The notes: generated by a model from the sequence alone, not told the origin. A DNA stretch of 56,438 nt from an uncultured Candidatus Saccharibacteria bacterium (GCA_964645315.1 CAZYBH010000002.1:1-56438), one strand, 5' to 3'. Shown: positions 29,319 through 38,814, numbered from the stretch's first letter. Translations and numbers: made by a program.

Positions 29319-30011
29319 ATGAATAAAGAAAAAACTATTGAAAATATGTTTGCTTCAGGCGCTCATTTTGGCTTGAGCAAATCTCGCAGACACCCTACAC
29401 TTTCAAAATTCATTTTTGGCACAAAAAACGGCACCGATATCATAGATTTGGAGAAGACCGAGTCTTTACTAGAAAAAGCAAAAGCATTTGTCTCAAATCT
29501 AGGCAAGGAAGGCAAGACTATCTTGTTTGTCGGTGGCAAAAAAGAGGCTTTCAAGAGCATTCGCAACGCTGCTGAGATGCAAAATCTTCCTTATGTAGAT
29601 GGTAGATGGATCGGAGGCTCAATCAGCAACTTCCCACAGATCCGAAAGCGTATTGATCGCTATGAGAGACTTGTCTCAGACAAAGAGAAAGGCGAATTGG
29701 CTAAGTACACCAAGCGCGAAAGAATGCTTATAGACAAAGAGATTGCATCTCTCGAGAAGATGTTCTTGGGTATAGTTGCAATGAAAAAGATCCCTGATGC
29801 ACTATTTGTTATCGATCCTCGAAGAGAGAGGATAGCCGTAAAGGAAGCAAATGACTACGGTATTCCAGTGATTGCTCTATGTGGTTCTGATTGTGATATC
29901 AAAAACATCGATCATCCTATAGTTGCAAACGATTCATCAAAGGCAAGTATCCAATACTTCGCAGAAGAAATCTCAAAAGCCTATCAAGAAGGCAAATCCT
30001 CAAGAAAATAA
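29319..30011 (+). CDS. rpsB: 30S ribosomal protein S2
   Basis: 230 aa with GAHFGLSKSRRHPTLSKFIFG and ILFVGGKKEA. Confidence 0.93.
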   Translation: MNKEKTIENMFASGAHFGLSKSRRHPTLSKFIFGTKNGTDIIDLEKTESLLEKAKAFVSNLGKEGKTILFVGGKKEAFKSIRNAAEMQNLPYVDGRWIGGSISNFPQIRKRIDRYERLVSDKEKGELAKYTKRERMLIDKEIASLEKMFLGIVAMKKIPDALFVIDPRRERIAVKEANDYGIPVIALCGSDCDIKNIDHPIVANDSSKASIQYFAEEISKAYQEGKSSRK

Positions 30012-30147
30012 AATGATTAGTCCTTTTTTCTTAATAAAGAAAAAGCCAGAAAAAGACAAAGTGACTCAAAAAAGCCAAATAGAAGTTAAGAGTGCAAATA
30101 AGGCAAATGAGGAGCAGAGTAAATTAAGAACTAATAAAGAAAATACT

Positions 30148-30744
30148 ATGACAAAAGAAATTTCAGTAGATATAATCAAAGAACTAAGAGATCAGACGGG
30201 TATCTCTATCATGCAATGCAAGAAAGCTCTAGAAGAGGCAGGTGGCGACGTAGCCAAAGCTCTAGTTATTCTTCGCAACAAAAGCGGAGAACTTGCAGCA
30301 AAGAAAGGAGACCGAGTCTTTCATGCTGGTACAGTCCAGGCATATATTCACTCAAATGGCACCGTTGGTGCTATTGTCGAATTATTGTCAGAGTCAGATT
30401 TCGTCTCAAATACCGAAGAGTTCAAAGCATTGGCTCGTGATATAGCTATGCACATCACCGCCACAAATCCTCGTTTCCTATCCCAAAACGACATAACCGA
30501 ATCAGACAAGGCTACAGCTATGGAAGTCTTCAAAAAAGACGTCGAAGGCAAGCCAGAAGCAGTAAAAGCCAAGATTCTTGAAGGTAAGATGTCTGCCTAT
30601 TTCGGAGAAATGGTCTTGCTAAATCAACCATTCATCAAAAATCCTGATATGACAATAGAAGGTCTTATAAATGCAGCCGTTCAAAAGTTTGGTGAAAAGA
30701 TGGCAGTAGCGAGATTTAAAAGGTTCAAAGTGTTAGAATCATAG
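30148..30744 (+). CDS. tsf: elongation factor Ts
   Basis: Start chosen at MTKEISVDIIKELRDQTGISIMQCKKALEEAGGD, the canonical UBA-like N-terminus. The ORF stays open upstream to ATG 30013 (a Lys-rich extension, considered unlikely). Confidence 0.85.
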   Translation: MTKEISVDIIKELRDQTGISIMQCKKALEEAGGDVAKALVILRNKSGELAAKKGDRVFHAGTVQAYIHSNGTVGAIVELLSESDFVSNTEEFKALARDIAMHITATNPRFLSQNDITESDKATAMEVFKKDVEGKPEAVKAKILEGKMSAYFGEMVLLNQPFIKNPDMTIEGLINAAVQKFGEKMAVARFKRFKVLES

Positions 30745-30745
30745 T

Positions 30746-31117
30746 ATGTATATCTTAGTCGCTTCATTTTACATATCATTATTGGGAATAGTTTCAATGA
30801 TTATATTGAAGCGCTTTGAGCTTCGCTCCGCAAATACAAATAGTACCGCCAATGTCTCCAATCTCGAGATAAGACTTCAAAACATCTACAACAGCATAAG
30901 CAAGTCATTCAAAATGCTAAACAAAAAAACTTTCATCGCTCTTGCTCAATATATTACATTCCATATTTTGTACAGGATCCGCAAGGTATATGTTGAGCTC
31001 AAGCATCGCGCTCTTATGAATCCACATGGCAAGAGAATGATCGATGCCATTCGCGGTCGCGGTGAGATAAATAAGCACGGTGCTTCATTTTACTTGAGGA
31101 GAATATCAGATAGGTAA
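30746..31117 (+). CDS. membrane-anchored hypothetical protein
   Basis: 123-aa ORF starting 2 nt after the tsf stop, with an N-terminal TM helix and a basic C-terminus. Confidence 0.5.
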   Translation: MYILVASFYISLLGIVSMIILKRFELRSANTNSTANVSNLEIRLQNIYNSISKSFKMLNKKTFIALAQYITFHILYRIRKVYVELKHRALMNPHGKRMIDAIRGRGEINKHGASFYLRRISDR

Positions 31118-31178
31118 TCGCAGATCTCCCACAGTTTTCTTTTTTATTTTTTTGTGTTATCTTATTATTCGCACCCAA

Positions 31179-31251
31179 GCCATCTTAGCTCAGTTGGTAG
31201 AGCGCCACTTTTGTAAAGTGGATGTCCCCGGTTCGATCCCGGGAGATGGCT
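31179..31251 (+). tRNA. tRNA-Thr (anticodon UGU)
   Basis: Acceptor GCCATCT/AGATGGC, anticodon arm CCACT-ttTGTaa-AGTGG, T arm CCCGG-TTCGATC-CCGGG. Confidence 0.9.
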
Positions 31252-31312
31252 CAGTTTTTATAATGTAAGAGATCATAATATATGTAGTTCATATTATGAT
31301 ATAATTACAAAT

Positions 31313-31789
31313 GTGAAGAATCCCTACCTATATTTAGTAATTTCTGTTTGCCTTGCTATATCGATCATTTTCACTCTATCATCTATTATTTCTACCTGGT
31401 CGGGAAATATATCGATTGAGCGCTATTCGTATCTAGATACTTCATCAGATGTATGGAGATCCCTAGAGACAAAAAACATTTACGGAGACATATCATCATC
31501 CTTTGAATCAATATCATACGTAACATTGTTTCCAGTTTTCTCACTTATTAACTTATCTTATAAATATTGGCCATATATTTATTTTCCACTAATCATGTCT
31601 ATAGGGATTGCTGGGCCATTTATAGCATTTACATCATGGTTTATTGTGTTTTATTTAGTATCGTATTTTTACTCGAGGTTTATAAAAAAGAATTACCTCA
31701 AAGAACCTGTAGAACGAACATCGTTTATTATCGGAAGCTTAGTTACTCTGGTTATTTTAACTACTATTTATTTAATATTCGGTTATTGA
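31313..31789 (+). CDS. polytopic membrane protein (hypothetical)
   Basis: 158-aa ORF (non-ATG start in the track) with 4 hydrophobic segments. Confidence 0.45.
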   Translation: MKNPYLYLVISVCLAISIIFTLSSIISTWSGNISIERYSYLDTSSDVWRSLETKNIYGDISSSFESISYVTLFPVFSLINLSYKYWPYIYFPLIMSIGIAGPFIAFTSWFIVFYLVSYFYSRFIKKNYLKEPVERTSFIIGSLVTLVILTTIYLIFGY

Positions 31790-31881
31790 TAACACTAATG
31801 TTTATTTTATTTAGAGTTGAATTTCTATATTGCAAACCAATTGTGCTAGTTATTTCCTCATTTTTTTGCTAAAGTTATTGT

Positions 31882-32601
31882 ATGGAAAAAGAAGCAAAAG
31901 GCCACTTACATCCAATTTCTCAGGTAACAAGAGAAATATTCAAAATATTCTACGATCTAGGTTTCAATGTTGCACATGGACCAGAACTTGAAGATGAATT
32001 CCACAATTTCGACGCCCTAAATGTCCCAAAGGACCATCCAGCAAGAGATATGCAGGATACTTTTTGGATCAAGGATAGTAGCGAGGATGCAGACAAGAAG
32101 TCATCAAGAAAGGTCCTCAGAACCCACACTTCATCGGTCCAAATCCGTTATTTAGAAAACAACAAACCACCGATTCGCATTATTGTTCCAGGCAAGGTCT
32201 TCCGAAATGAGGCTACAGACGCTACTCATGAAGCTCAATTTTTTCAAGTAGAGGCATTGTGTGTAGACAAAAACGTCTCTATGGCGCACCTCAAGGGTAC
32301 CCTTGAACACATGTTCAAAAAGCTCTTTGGCGATGATGTCATTATCAGGTTTAGACCAAGCTTTTTCCCATTTACCGAACCAAGCGTGGAGGTTGATATG
32401 AAATGGAAGGGTAAATGGCTTGAAATGGGTGGGGCTGGACTTGTAAATCCAAAAGTATTTGAGGCAGTAAATATTGATCCAAATCAATGGCAAGGTTTTG
32501 CATTTGGTTTCGGTTTGGACCGTATTGTTATGCTCAAATTTGGCATTGATGATGTTCGATATTTGTACAATGGCGATTTGAGACTTATAAATCAATTCTA
32601 G
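31882..32601 (+). CDS. pheS: phenylalanyl-tRNA synthetase alpha subunit (short form, catalytic core only)
   Basis: 239 aa with HPISQV, PKDHPARDMQDTFW, LRTHTSSVQIR, and GLDRIVMLKFGIDDVR. It lacks the usual N-terminal coiled coil. Confidence 0.92.
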   Translation: MEKEAKGHLHPISQVTREIFKIFYDLGFNVAHGPELEDEFHNFDALNVPKDHPARDMQDTFWIKDSSEDADKKSSRKVLRTHTSSVQIRYLENNKPPIRIIVPGKVFRNEATDATHEAQFFQVEALCVDKNVSMAHLKGTLEHMFKKLFGDDVIIRFRPSFFPFTEPSVEVDMKWKGKWLEMGGAGLVNPKVFEAVNIDPNQWQGFAFGFGLDRIVMLKFGIDDVRYLYNGDLRLINQF

Positions 32602-32610
32602 ATTAATCTT

Positions 32611-32829
32611 ATGATCATTAAACCTGGAATTTATTCACATTACAAAACTGGAAATCAGTACAAAGTTCATTTTGTTGCAAAACATTCAGAAACTCTTGAA
32701 GATTTAGTTATTTATGAAGCTTTATACAAAAATGATAAGTCAAAGTTTTGGGCTAGACCAGTGGGAATGTTTGAGGAAATCGTAAATTTTAATGGTCAGA
32801 AGGTTCCAAGATTCAAATTTATTAAATAA
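32611..32829 (+). CDS. DUF1653-like small protein
   Basis: 72 aa. YSHYKTGNQYKVHFVAKHSETLEDLVIYEALY...WARPVGMFEE matches my memory of the DUF1653 family. It is inserted between pheS and pheT. Confidence 0.6.
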   Translation: MIIKPGIYSHYKTGNQYKVHFVAKHSETLEDLVIYEALYKNDKSKFWARPVGMFEEIVNFNGQKVPRFKFIK

Positions 32830-32830
32830 T

Positions 32831-34786
32831 ATGAAAATTTCTAGAAATTGGTTACAAAAATATTTTGATAATGAAATTCCAGATGCCGATAAATTGGCTG
32901 AAATTTTTACATTTCATTCTTTTGAGGTTGAAAGTGTAGAAAAGATTTCCAAAAATGATGACGCGGAAGAAGATTATGTACTTGATGTCAAAGTTTTGCC
33001 TGATAGAGCGCACTACGCTTTGTCACATAGGGGAGTAGCCTTAGAAGTTGCTGTTAATACTGGCATGAGCCAGAAAGATAGTTATGAGCAAATGATTGCA
33101 GATAATTCTGACAATAAAGTCCTAGTAAACATTCAAAACCCTGATTTTTGTCGAAGATATATAGCTAGACATATTTCGCTCGGTAATATTCCTAAAGATA
33201 GCCCTAATTGGCTCAAAAACGCTCTTAATTCGATCGGCCAACGCTCTATCAATCCAATTGTCGATATTACAAATTATGTCATGTATGACATAGGTCAGCC
33301 ATTGCATGCATTTGATGCAGATAAGGTTTCTGGTTCAATTTCAATCAGATATGCAAAGCAAGGGGATAAGATTACACTTCTTGATGGTCGAGAGTTGGAG
33401 CTTACTTCAGAAGATAGTGTTATTGCCGATGAACTTGGCCCATTGGTGGTCGCTGGAGCAAAGGGAGGTAAGAGAGCAGAAATAGATTCAAGTACTCGAA
33501 ATATTATTATTGAATCAGCCAATTTTCATCCGACAAAAGTTCGTAGAACATCTACAAAGTACGATATTAGAAGTGATTCCTCCAAGAGATTTGAAAATGA
33601 GATCAGTCCAGAATTGGCTATACACGGCATGCACAATGCTTGCAAATTGATTGAGCAAATTTTTGGTCATTCCAAATTTGGACCTATAAATGACAATTAC
33701 CCAAACCCTGTTTCGAGGACTAATATTTCCTTTGAGCCCAAATATATTAGAGAAAAACTCGGTGTGGAGATTTCAGATAATGAGATTAACAAAATTTTGC
33801 AAAGCCTTGGATTTACTGTATCGGGATGTGAGACATCCCCAGGATATGAGAGATTAGACATAACCTGCCAAGACGACCTCGTGGAAGAAATAGGTCGCAT
33901 ATATGGTTATGACAAGATTGCGGGCAAGTTGCCACCACAGACTAGTGACAAGAGATCTTCCATATTACCTATTTTCTTTATTTCAGAATTAATAAAATCC
34001 AAGCTAATCGAGCTCGGTCTATCTGAAGTTAGCCTATATTCATTGGTAGAAGATGGTCATCATGAGACTCTGAAGCCTCTTGCCAAAGATAAAGCCTTCG
34101 CAAGAAGCCAGCTATCTACTGGTATGATTGACTGTATAGTTAGAAATACATTCAATGCCGATTTGCTAGGCCTACAAGCTATAAAAATCTTTGAAATTGG
34201 GCAAATATTCGGCAAGGATGAGGAAAAAACACATCTTGTCATTGGCACAAATCAGATAAAGAAGAAGAAAAGTTATAAATCAGAAAATATTTTGAGTGAA
34301 ATTTTGGCCAAGCTGAACGAAAATACAGGAATAAAATTTGAAGGTACAATATCTTCAGATAAAACTGGAAATATAAAGGTTGTAGAAATTGATTTGGATA
34401 AAATAGTAGAGAACTTGATAAAGAGCAATTCCAAATATTCGAGTTTCGATGTGGCAGATCTTGATCTGGGCAAAATATCAGACAATAGATACCAGAAATT
34501 CTCATTATATCCATATATCGTTAGAGATATAGCAGTCCTTGTTCCAAATGATATACAAGCAGAAAAAGTCTGGTCAATCATACACGAAGCAATAGATAGC
34601 AATGGTTCGGCAAGCTTATTAAAAAGAAATGATCTCTTCGATACATACACAAAGGACGGCTTAACTTCATTTGCCTGGAGAATGGTTTTCCAATCAGATG
34701 AACGGACTCTTACAGACGATGAAATCCAAACCATTATGGACAAAATATATAGCGCAATTAACAAACAGAGTTGGACAGTTAGATAA
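32831..34786 (+). CDS. pheT: phenylalanyl-tRNA synthetase beta subunit
   Basis: Start at MKISRNWLQKYF, a typical PheT N-terminus. B3/4 and B5 regions (QPLHAFDADK, EEIGRIYGYDKI) and a C-terminal FDX-ACB-like end are present. Confidence 0.9.
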   Translation: MKISRNWLQKYFDNEIPDADKLAEIFTFHSFEVESVEKISKNDDAEEDYVLDVKVLPDRAHYALSHRGVALEVAVNTGMSQKDSYEQMIADNSDNKVLVNIQNPDFCRRYIARHISLGNIPKDSPNWLKNALNSIGQRSINPIVDITNYVMYDIGQPLHAFDADKVSGSISIRYAKQGDKITLLDGRELELTSEDSVIADELGPLVVAGAKGGKRAEIDSSTRNIIIESANFHPTKVRRTSTKYDIRSDSSKRFENEISPELAIHGMHNACKLIEQIFGHSKFGPINDNYPNPVSRTNISFEPKYIREKLGVEISDNEINKILQSLGFTVSGCETSPGYERLDITCQDDLVEEIGRIYGYDKIAGKLPPQTSDKRSSILPIFFISELIKSKLIELGLSEVSLYSLVEDGHHETLKPLAKDKAFARSQLSTGMIDCIVRNTFNADLLGLQAIKIFEIGQIFGKDEEKTHLVIGTNQIKKKKSYKSENILSEILAKLNENTGIKFEGTISSDKTGNIKVVEIDLDKIVENLIKSNSKYSSFDVADLDLGKISDNRYQKFSLYPYIVRDIAVLVPNDIQAEKVWSIIHEAIDSNGSASLLKRNDLFDTYTKDGLTSFAWRMVFQSDERTLTDDEIQTIMDKIYSAINKQSWTVR

Positions 34787-34796
34787 TTATCCGATT

Positions 34797-34815
34797 GCAT
34801 ATGTCACACAGATGC
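34797..34815. repeat. 19-bp palindrome family member
   Basis: GCATATGT-cac-ACAGATGC (one arm mismatch), 10 nt after the pheT stop. Confidence 0.6.
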
Positions 34816-34839
34816 TAATCTTCCGCTAATTTCAATCAT

Positions 34840-35358
34840 ATGAATAGGCCAAAAAATATAATTGTTAACGATAAAATGCAGAGCAATTATTCATATACCC
34901 TAACCGAGCCGGAAGGGAAGAATTTTGCGTCAGATTTCAAGCCAGAACTAAGTCCAAAACAAATGCTTGAACTCGGAGTCTTCGGTGGCATTTATATGAG
35001 AGATTGTCTTGATGAATTCCCACATGACTGGTTTACAAATGCTAAATTTGCTCCTATTGATTCTGATATGCATGATGCCAAACTTAACTTTTTCGGAGTA
35101 AATGCTAGTCAGCCCCTATCCTTCTGGGTCAAAAAAGGCTGGATTCACAAAGATGACCCTAGAGGTTGGTTCCAATGGTATTGTAGATACTACATGGGTA
35201 GACGACACGATGATGATGCAAGACAAATAAAGCGCTGGAAAGCTATGGTTCGCCATATTGCCCAGATCAAGAAAAATTGCTTGAAGGGGGATTCTACTTG
35301 TCATACAAAACAAAGACAGGCTTTACTTCACTGGGCTTACGATAGCCGAAAGATGTAA
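34840..35358 (+). CDS. conserved-looking hypothetical cytoplasmic protein
   Basis: 172-aa ORF with Trp/Arg-rich motifs (GWIHKDDPRGWFQWYCRYYMGRRHDDDARQIKRW). I cannot name the family. Confidence 0.6.
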   Translation: MNRPKNIIVNDKMQSNYSYTLTEPEGKNFASDFKPELSPKQMLELGVFGGIYMRDCLDEFPHDWFTNAKFAPIDSDMHDAKLNFFGVNASQPLSFWVKKGWIHKDDPRGWFQWYCRYYMGRRHDDDARQIKRWKAMVRHIAQIKKNCLKGDSTCHTKQRQALLHWAYDSRKM

Positions 35359-35364
35359 ACAGTT

Positions 35365-35437
35365 ACATATGTCGCACATATGCAAATTTTGCAGAGGATA
35401 AGCTGTGCACAAAACCCCTGAGGCCTCGCCTCAGGAA
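35365..35437 (+). repeat. solo copy C of the hairpin-repeat family (HP1 + HP3)
   Basis: ACATATGT-cgc-ACATATGC is followed 21 nt later by gtgcacaaaacCCCTGAGGC-ctc-GCCTCAGGaa and then gggTTTTTTgc. This terminator-like unit lies between the 172-aa ORF and gyrB. A TATAAT follows at about 35449. Confidence 0.75.
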
Positions 35438-35507
35438 GGGTTTTTTGCTATAATAGATAGGTAATATTTGAAGCAAATTTCATTAGAATTTTATAATAAA
35501 TACAGAA

Positions 35508-37598
35508 ATGTCTGATAATAAAGATAATAAAAAGAAAGGTTACGATGCCTCATCGATCACGGTCCTCGAAGGTCTAGAGCCAGTCCGCAAGCGCCCTGGT
35601 ATGTACATCGGTACTACTGGTCCTGATGGTCTACATCATCTTATTACCGAAATATTCGACAACTCCCGCGATGAAGCGATGAACGGATTTGCAAATGATA
35701 TAGAGATTGCTCTTTTACCGAACGACAGGGTAAGGATTACAGACAATGGTCGTGGTATTCCAGTCGATGTCCACAAGCAGACCAAGGTCTCTGCACTTGA
35801 GACTATTATGACCGTTCTACATGCCGGGGGCAAGTTTGGCGGTGATGATTACAAAGTCTCCGGAGGTTTGCATGGAGTCGGTGCTTCAGTAGTCAACGCT
35901 CTATCCACATACATGAAGGTGGTTGTTCACAAGGATGGAGGTATTTATATACAAGAATACAATCAAGGCAAACGCAAAGCCGCAGTCAAGAAGATTGGCT
36001 CAACCAAGCTTCATGGTACTATTGTTACATTTGAGCCAGACCCTATTATATTCAAGGAGGGCATTCGTTTTGATTGGAATAGAATAGTAAGCCATATGCG
36101 CCAACAAGCATATTTGGTCAAAAGCCTACGCATTAGTGTTATCGATGCGCGAGATCAGATAGAAAGTTTCGCCAGCGACAATGAGCTTTTCTTCGTCCGC
36201 GATACAGGCGTCGATGCGCCATCACATACTTTCTTCTTCGAGGGTGGTCTTGTTTCTCTGATCAAATTCACAAATCAATTACTAAAACCAATTCACAAAA
36301 ATATCTTTTATGTTGAGAAGAAGGTAGAAGGTGTCGAATCGGTTGAAGTTAGTTTGCAATATTCTGACGATGTATCAGCCAAAATCCTAGCTTTTGCAAA
36401 CAATATTTACAATCCAGAAGGAGGTACCCATGTGACTGGTTTCAAAACCGCTCTTACAAGGACCCTCAATACCTATGCGAAGAACAACAATATTTCAAAA
36501 GGCGAGGAAACATTTACTGGAGATGATGCTCTAGAAGGTCTTACCGCAGTTATTTCAGTCAAATTAAGAGAGATCCAATTCGAGGGTCAAACAAAAGCCA
36601 AGCTTGGTAGTATGGAAGCACAAAGTGCTGTTGCTACCGTCTTTGGAGAATCATTCGCTTCATTTCTAGAAGAAAATCCTGAGGATGCTAGAGCGATTAT
36701 AAACAAGGTTATTTTGGCCATGAAGGCCCGAAAGGCTGCAAAGGCTGCAAAGGATTCTGTGCTACGCAAGGGCGCCCTTGAAGGTATGACCTTGCCAGGT
36801 AAGCTTGCCGATTGCCAATCAAATAGCCCAAGCGAATCAGAACTCATCATCGTGGAGGGAGACTCTGCTGGAGGTACTGCCAAGCAAGGTCGTGATCGCC
36901 GTATTCAAGCAATTTTGCCTCTAAGAGGTAAGATTTTGAATATAGAAAGAGCTAGGCTCGACAGAATGCTCGGATCAGAACAGATCAAAAATCTAGTTTT
37001 GGCATTTGGTACTGCTATCGGCGATACATTTGATATTACAAATCTTCGTTATCACAAGATTATCCTCGCTACCGATGCCGATGTCGACGGTGCCCATATC
37101 CGTACCCTCATTCTTACTTTGCTTTATAGATATTTCAAACCGCTTATCGAAAATGGCCACGTCTACATCGCCCAGCCACCACTATTCAAGGTCAAAATTG
37201 GTAAAGAATCATATTATTTACACGATCAGCAAGCCCTAGACAAGTTCCTTTCGCAGAAGGGTATCAAAAATGATCAAGTCCAGGAATTGGAATCACAAAA
37301 TGACTCAGAAGCTAGGGAAGAGTTGCTCGAAGCAGCTGGAGCAGATGCAGACAAAGCAGAGGATAAAACAAAATCAAGTCAAAAAGTCGCTATCCAACGA
37401 TACAAGGGTCTTGGTGAGATGAACTCTGATGAGCTTTGGGAAACTACTATGGACCCAACTCGTCGCGTTATGAAAAAAGTCACTATTGAAGACGCACAAG
37501 ATGCAGACAAGGTATTCGATATGCTTATGGGTGACGATGTGCCAGCTCGCAAATCATTCATCCAGTCAAATGCTAAGATGGCGAATCTTGATATTTAA
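35508..37598 (+). CDS. gyrB: DNA gyrase subunit B
   Basis: 696 aa with YDASSITVLEGLEPVRKRPGMYIG, GGLHGVGASVVNALS, and Toprim EL(I)IVEGDSAGG. Confidence 0.97.
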   Translation: MSDNKDNKKKGYDASSITVLEGLEPVRKRPGMYIGTTGPDGLHHLITEIFDNSRDEAMNGFANDIEIALLPNDRVRITDNGRGIPVDVHKQTKVSALETIMTVLHAGGKFGGDDYKVSGGLHGVGASVVNALSTYMKVVVHKDGGIYIQEYNQGKRKAAVKKIGSTKLHGTIVTFEPDPIIFKEGIRFDWNRIVSHMRQQAYLVKSLRISVIDARDQIESFASDNELFFVRDTGVDAPSHTFFFEGGLVSLIKFTNQLLKPIHKNIFYVEKKVEGVESVEVSLQYSDDVSAKILAFANNIYNPEGGTHVTGFKTALTRTLNTYAKNNNISKGEETFTGDDALEGLTAVISVKLREIQFEGQTKAKLGSMEAQSAVATVFGESFASFLEENPEDARAIINKVILAMKARKAAKAAKDSVLRKGALEGMTLPGKLADCQSNSPSESELIIVEGDSAGGTAKQGRDRRIQAILPLRGKILNIERARLDRMLGSEQIKNLVLAFGTAIGDTFDITNLRYHKIILATDADVDGAHIRTLILTLLYRYFKPLIENGHVYIAQPPLFKVKIGKESYYLHDQQALDKFLSQKGIKNDQVQELESQNDSEAREELLEAAGADADKAEDKTKSSQKVAIQRYKGLGEMNSDELWETTMDPTRRVMKKVTIEDAQDADKVFDMLMGDDVPARKSFIQSNAKMANLDI

Positions 37599-37674
37599 AT
37601 ATTAAATATCAAACATTAAAAATGTTCAGCAAAATGTAATTTCAGTGATAATTGGAATGCCTTTATTTGCAAAT

Positions 37675-37715
37675 AAAAAAAGAACCCCCAACCGGTGACA
37701 GTGGGGGGTTTTATT
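37675..37715. terminator. bidirectional intrinsic terminator (gyrB on plus strand, GC-rich unit on minus strand)
   Basis: An A-run, then CCCCCA...TGGGGG stem (37685-37707), then TTTT. Confidence 0.7.
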
Positions 37716-37839
37716 ATCAGTTGATCGACATTTGCGCCCTAGCTAGGGAGTCCTGGGTGTCGGGCCCAGGAACATTGTACAACTTTTCTCTTTGATGTTC
37801 ATGCTGGGAGTATCGTCTCCCGGCCCCTTTTTTTGACAA

Positions 37840-37986
37840 TTATATGTACCCGCCGCTCATTGTGCCGATAATCACTCCGATACGGCCTAAGGGTTTCGAT
37901 ATGATTTGGTTCCGGAAGCTACGTACTAATAAGAAGACAAGCCTCTTATCCATACCAGGGTTGCTATACCTGATGCTCCCAAGCAT
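37840..37986 (-). CDS. candidate small hydrophobic protein (48 aa) inside the GC-rich transcript
   Basis: ATG is preceded by aaaGGAGttgga (SD, 5-nt spacing). The product is MLGSIRYSNPGMDKRLVFLLVRSFRNQIISKPLGRIGVIIGTMSGGYI. The longer 116-aa ORF in the track begins with a TTG inside the promoter and is not credible. Confidence 0.3.
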   Translation of the reverse strand: MLGSIRYSNPGMDKRLVFLLVRSFRNQIISKPLGRIGVIIGTMSGGYI

Positions 37987-38161
37987 TCCAACTCCTTTCT
38001 TTAACGGCGCATGTCCGTTGCGGGGTTTGCCCGCTAGCGATTTTCCTTGGGCTCGCCCACCCTGTTTAACATTGTCAGCCCGTTCATTGTTTATCCTGTG
38101 CGCCTTGATTCCGTAAATAGGAACCTTGCACAGGCAATGTAACCAAGCTGATCTGGTTAAG

Positions 38162-38190
38162 ACATTACACCTATTACAGATATTTGTCAA
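38162..38190 (-). promoter_or_regulatory. sigma70-like promoter of the GC-rich unit
   Basis: Minus strand TTGACA (38190-38185), 17-nt spacer, TAATGT (38167-38162). Confidence 0.6.
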
Positions 38191-38287
38191 GTGCTTTTAT
38201 TTGTCTGTAAAATATAATCAAAAAACAGCCCTTCATTGAGCCGTTTTTGAATCATTATTATATTTAAAGAAAATATTTTATTCGATA

Positions 38288-38755
38288 TTAACCTGTCTTA
38301 ACTTTAACCTTTGATTTCTTTTTCTTGTCTAACTTCGGAAGTTTCAAAATAAGCAATCCGTGCTTCTCAATAGCTTCAGCCTCATCCACATCTATCTCTA
38401 CAGGTAGGGTAACAGTACGCGAAAATGAACCCCAGTATAATTCTTTTGTAATGAAATCTTCATCCTCTATAGTCTTCTCTTCTTCTCTTTTGCCTCGGAT
38501 CGTCACAACATCGCGAGTAATAGAAATATCCAAATCTTCTGGTCTTACACCAGCTATCATAGACTTTATAACCACAGCATCGGCAGTCTGATAAACATCG
38601 ACAGTCAATTCGCCCTCTGGTTCGGTTTCTTTGTCGGTCCATGATTCACCCTCATCGAGAGTATCCTCGACCTCTTCGATCTCATCTTCACTGTCTTTGT
38701 CCACTCGGACAACTCCAGTTAATCTTTCAAAGAATGAACGTTTATCTTTTGGCAT
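38288..38755 (-). CDS. Hsp20/alpha-crystallin small heat-shock protein
   Basis: 155 aa with an alpha-crystallin domain (LTVDVYQTADAVVIKSMIAGVRPEDLDISI...GSFSRTVTLPVEIDVDEAEAIEKHGLLILKLPK). Confidence 0.88.
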   Translation of the reverse strand: MPKDKRSFFERLTGVVRVDKDSEDEIEEVEDTLDEGESWTDKETEPEGELTVDVYQTADAVVIKSMIAGVRPEDLDISITRDVVTIRGKREEEKTIEDEDFITKELYWGSFSRTVTLPVEIDVDEAEAIEKHGLLILKLPKLDKKKKSKVKVKTG

Positions 38756-38814
38756 TTTATTTACTTGTCCTATACTCTTTTTATTTAGGAGTAATAGGAA
38801 TATTTATAATTATA

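Larger units (their letters stand above)
37675..38155 (-). ncRNA. unclassified GC-rich structured transcript (~480 nt), possibly carrying a 48-aa ORF
   Basis: Bounded by a near-consensus promoter (38190-38162) and a terminator (37675-37715). There are many local GC stems: AACCA/TGGTT, CCTGTGC/GCACAGG, GCGGG/CCCGC, AACGG/CCGTT, GGGAG/CTCCC, CCTGGG/CCCAGG, CCCTAG/CTAGGG. Composition contrasts sharply with the flanks. Confidence 0.45.

Noticed and set aside
29923-30147. Upstream in-frame extension of tsf overlapping the rpsB 3' end
   Set aside because: The canonical EF-Ts N-terminus begins at ATG 30148. The extension is low-complexity and Lys-rich and partly overlaps rpsB.
37675-38190. RNase P RNA, tmRNA, SRP RNA, T-box, cobalamin or SAM riboswitch as the identity of the GC-rich unit
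   Set aside because: I scanned both strands by eye for GGAAAGUCC / ACAGAAxCCGGCUUA, for GGUUUCGAC 5' ends with a T-arm-CCA 3' end and an ...ALAA tag ORF, for the GGAA-tetraloop SRP motif, and for the T-box and B12-box. Only weak partial resemblances turned up (AGGGUGG, CCCGCAACGG). This is not sufficient; a covariance-model search is needed.
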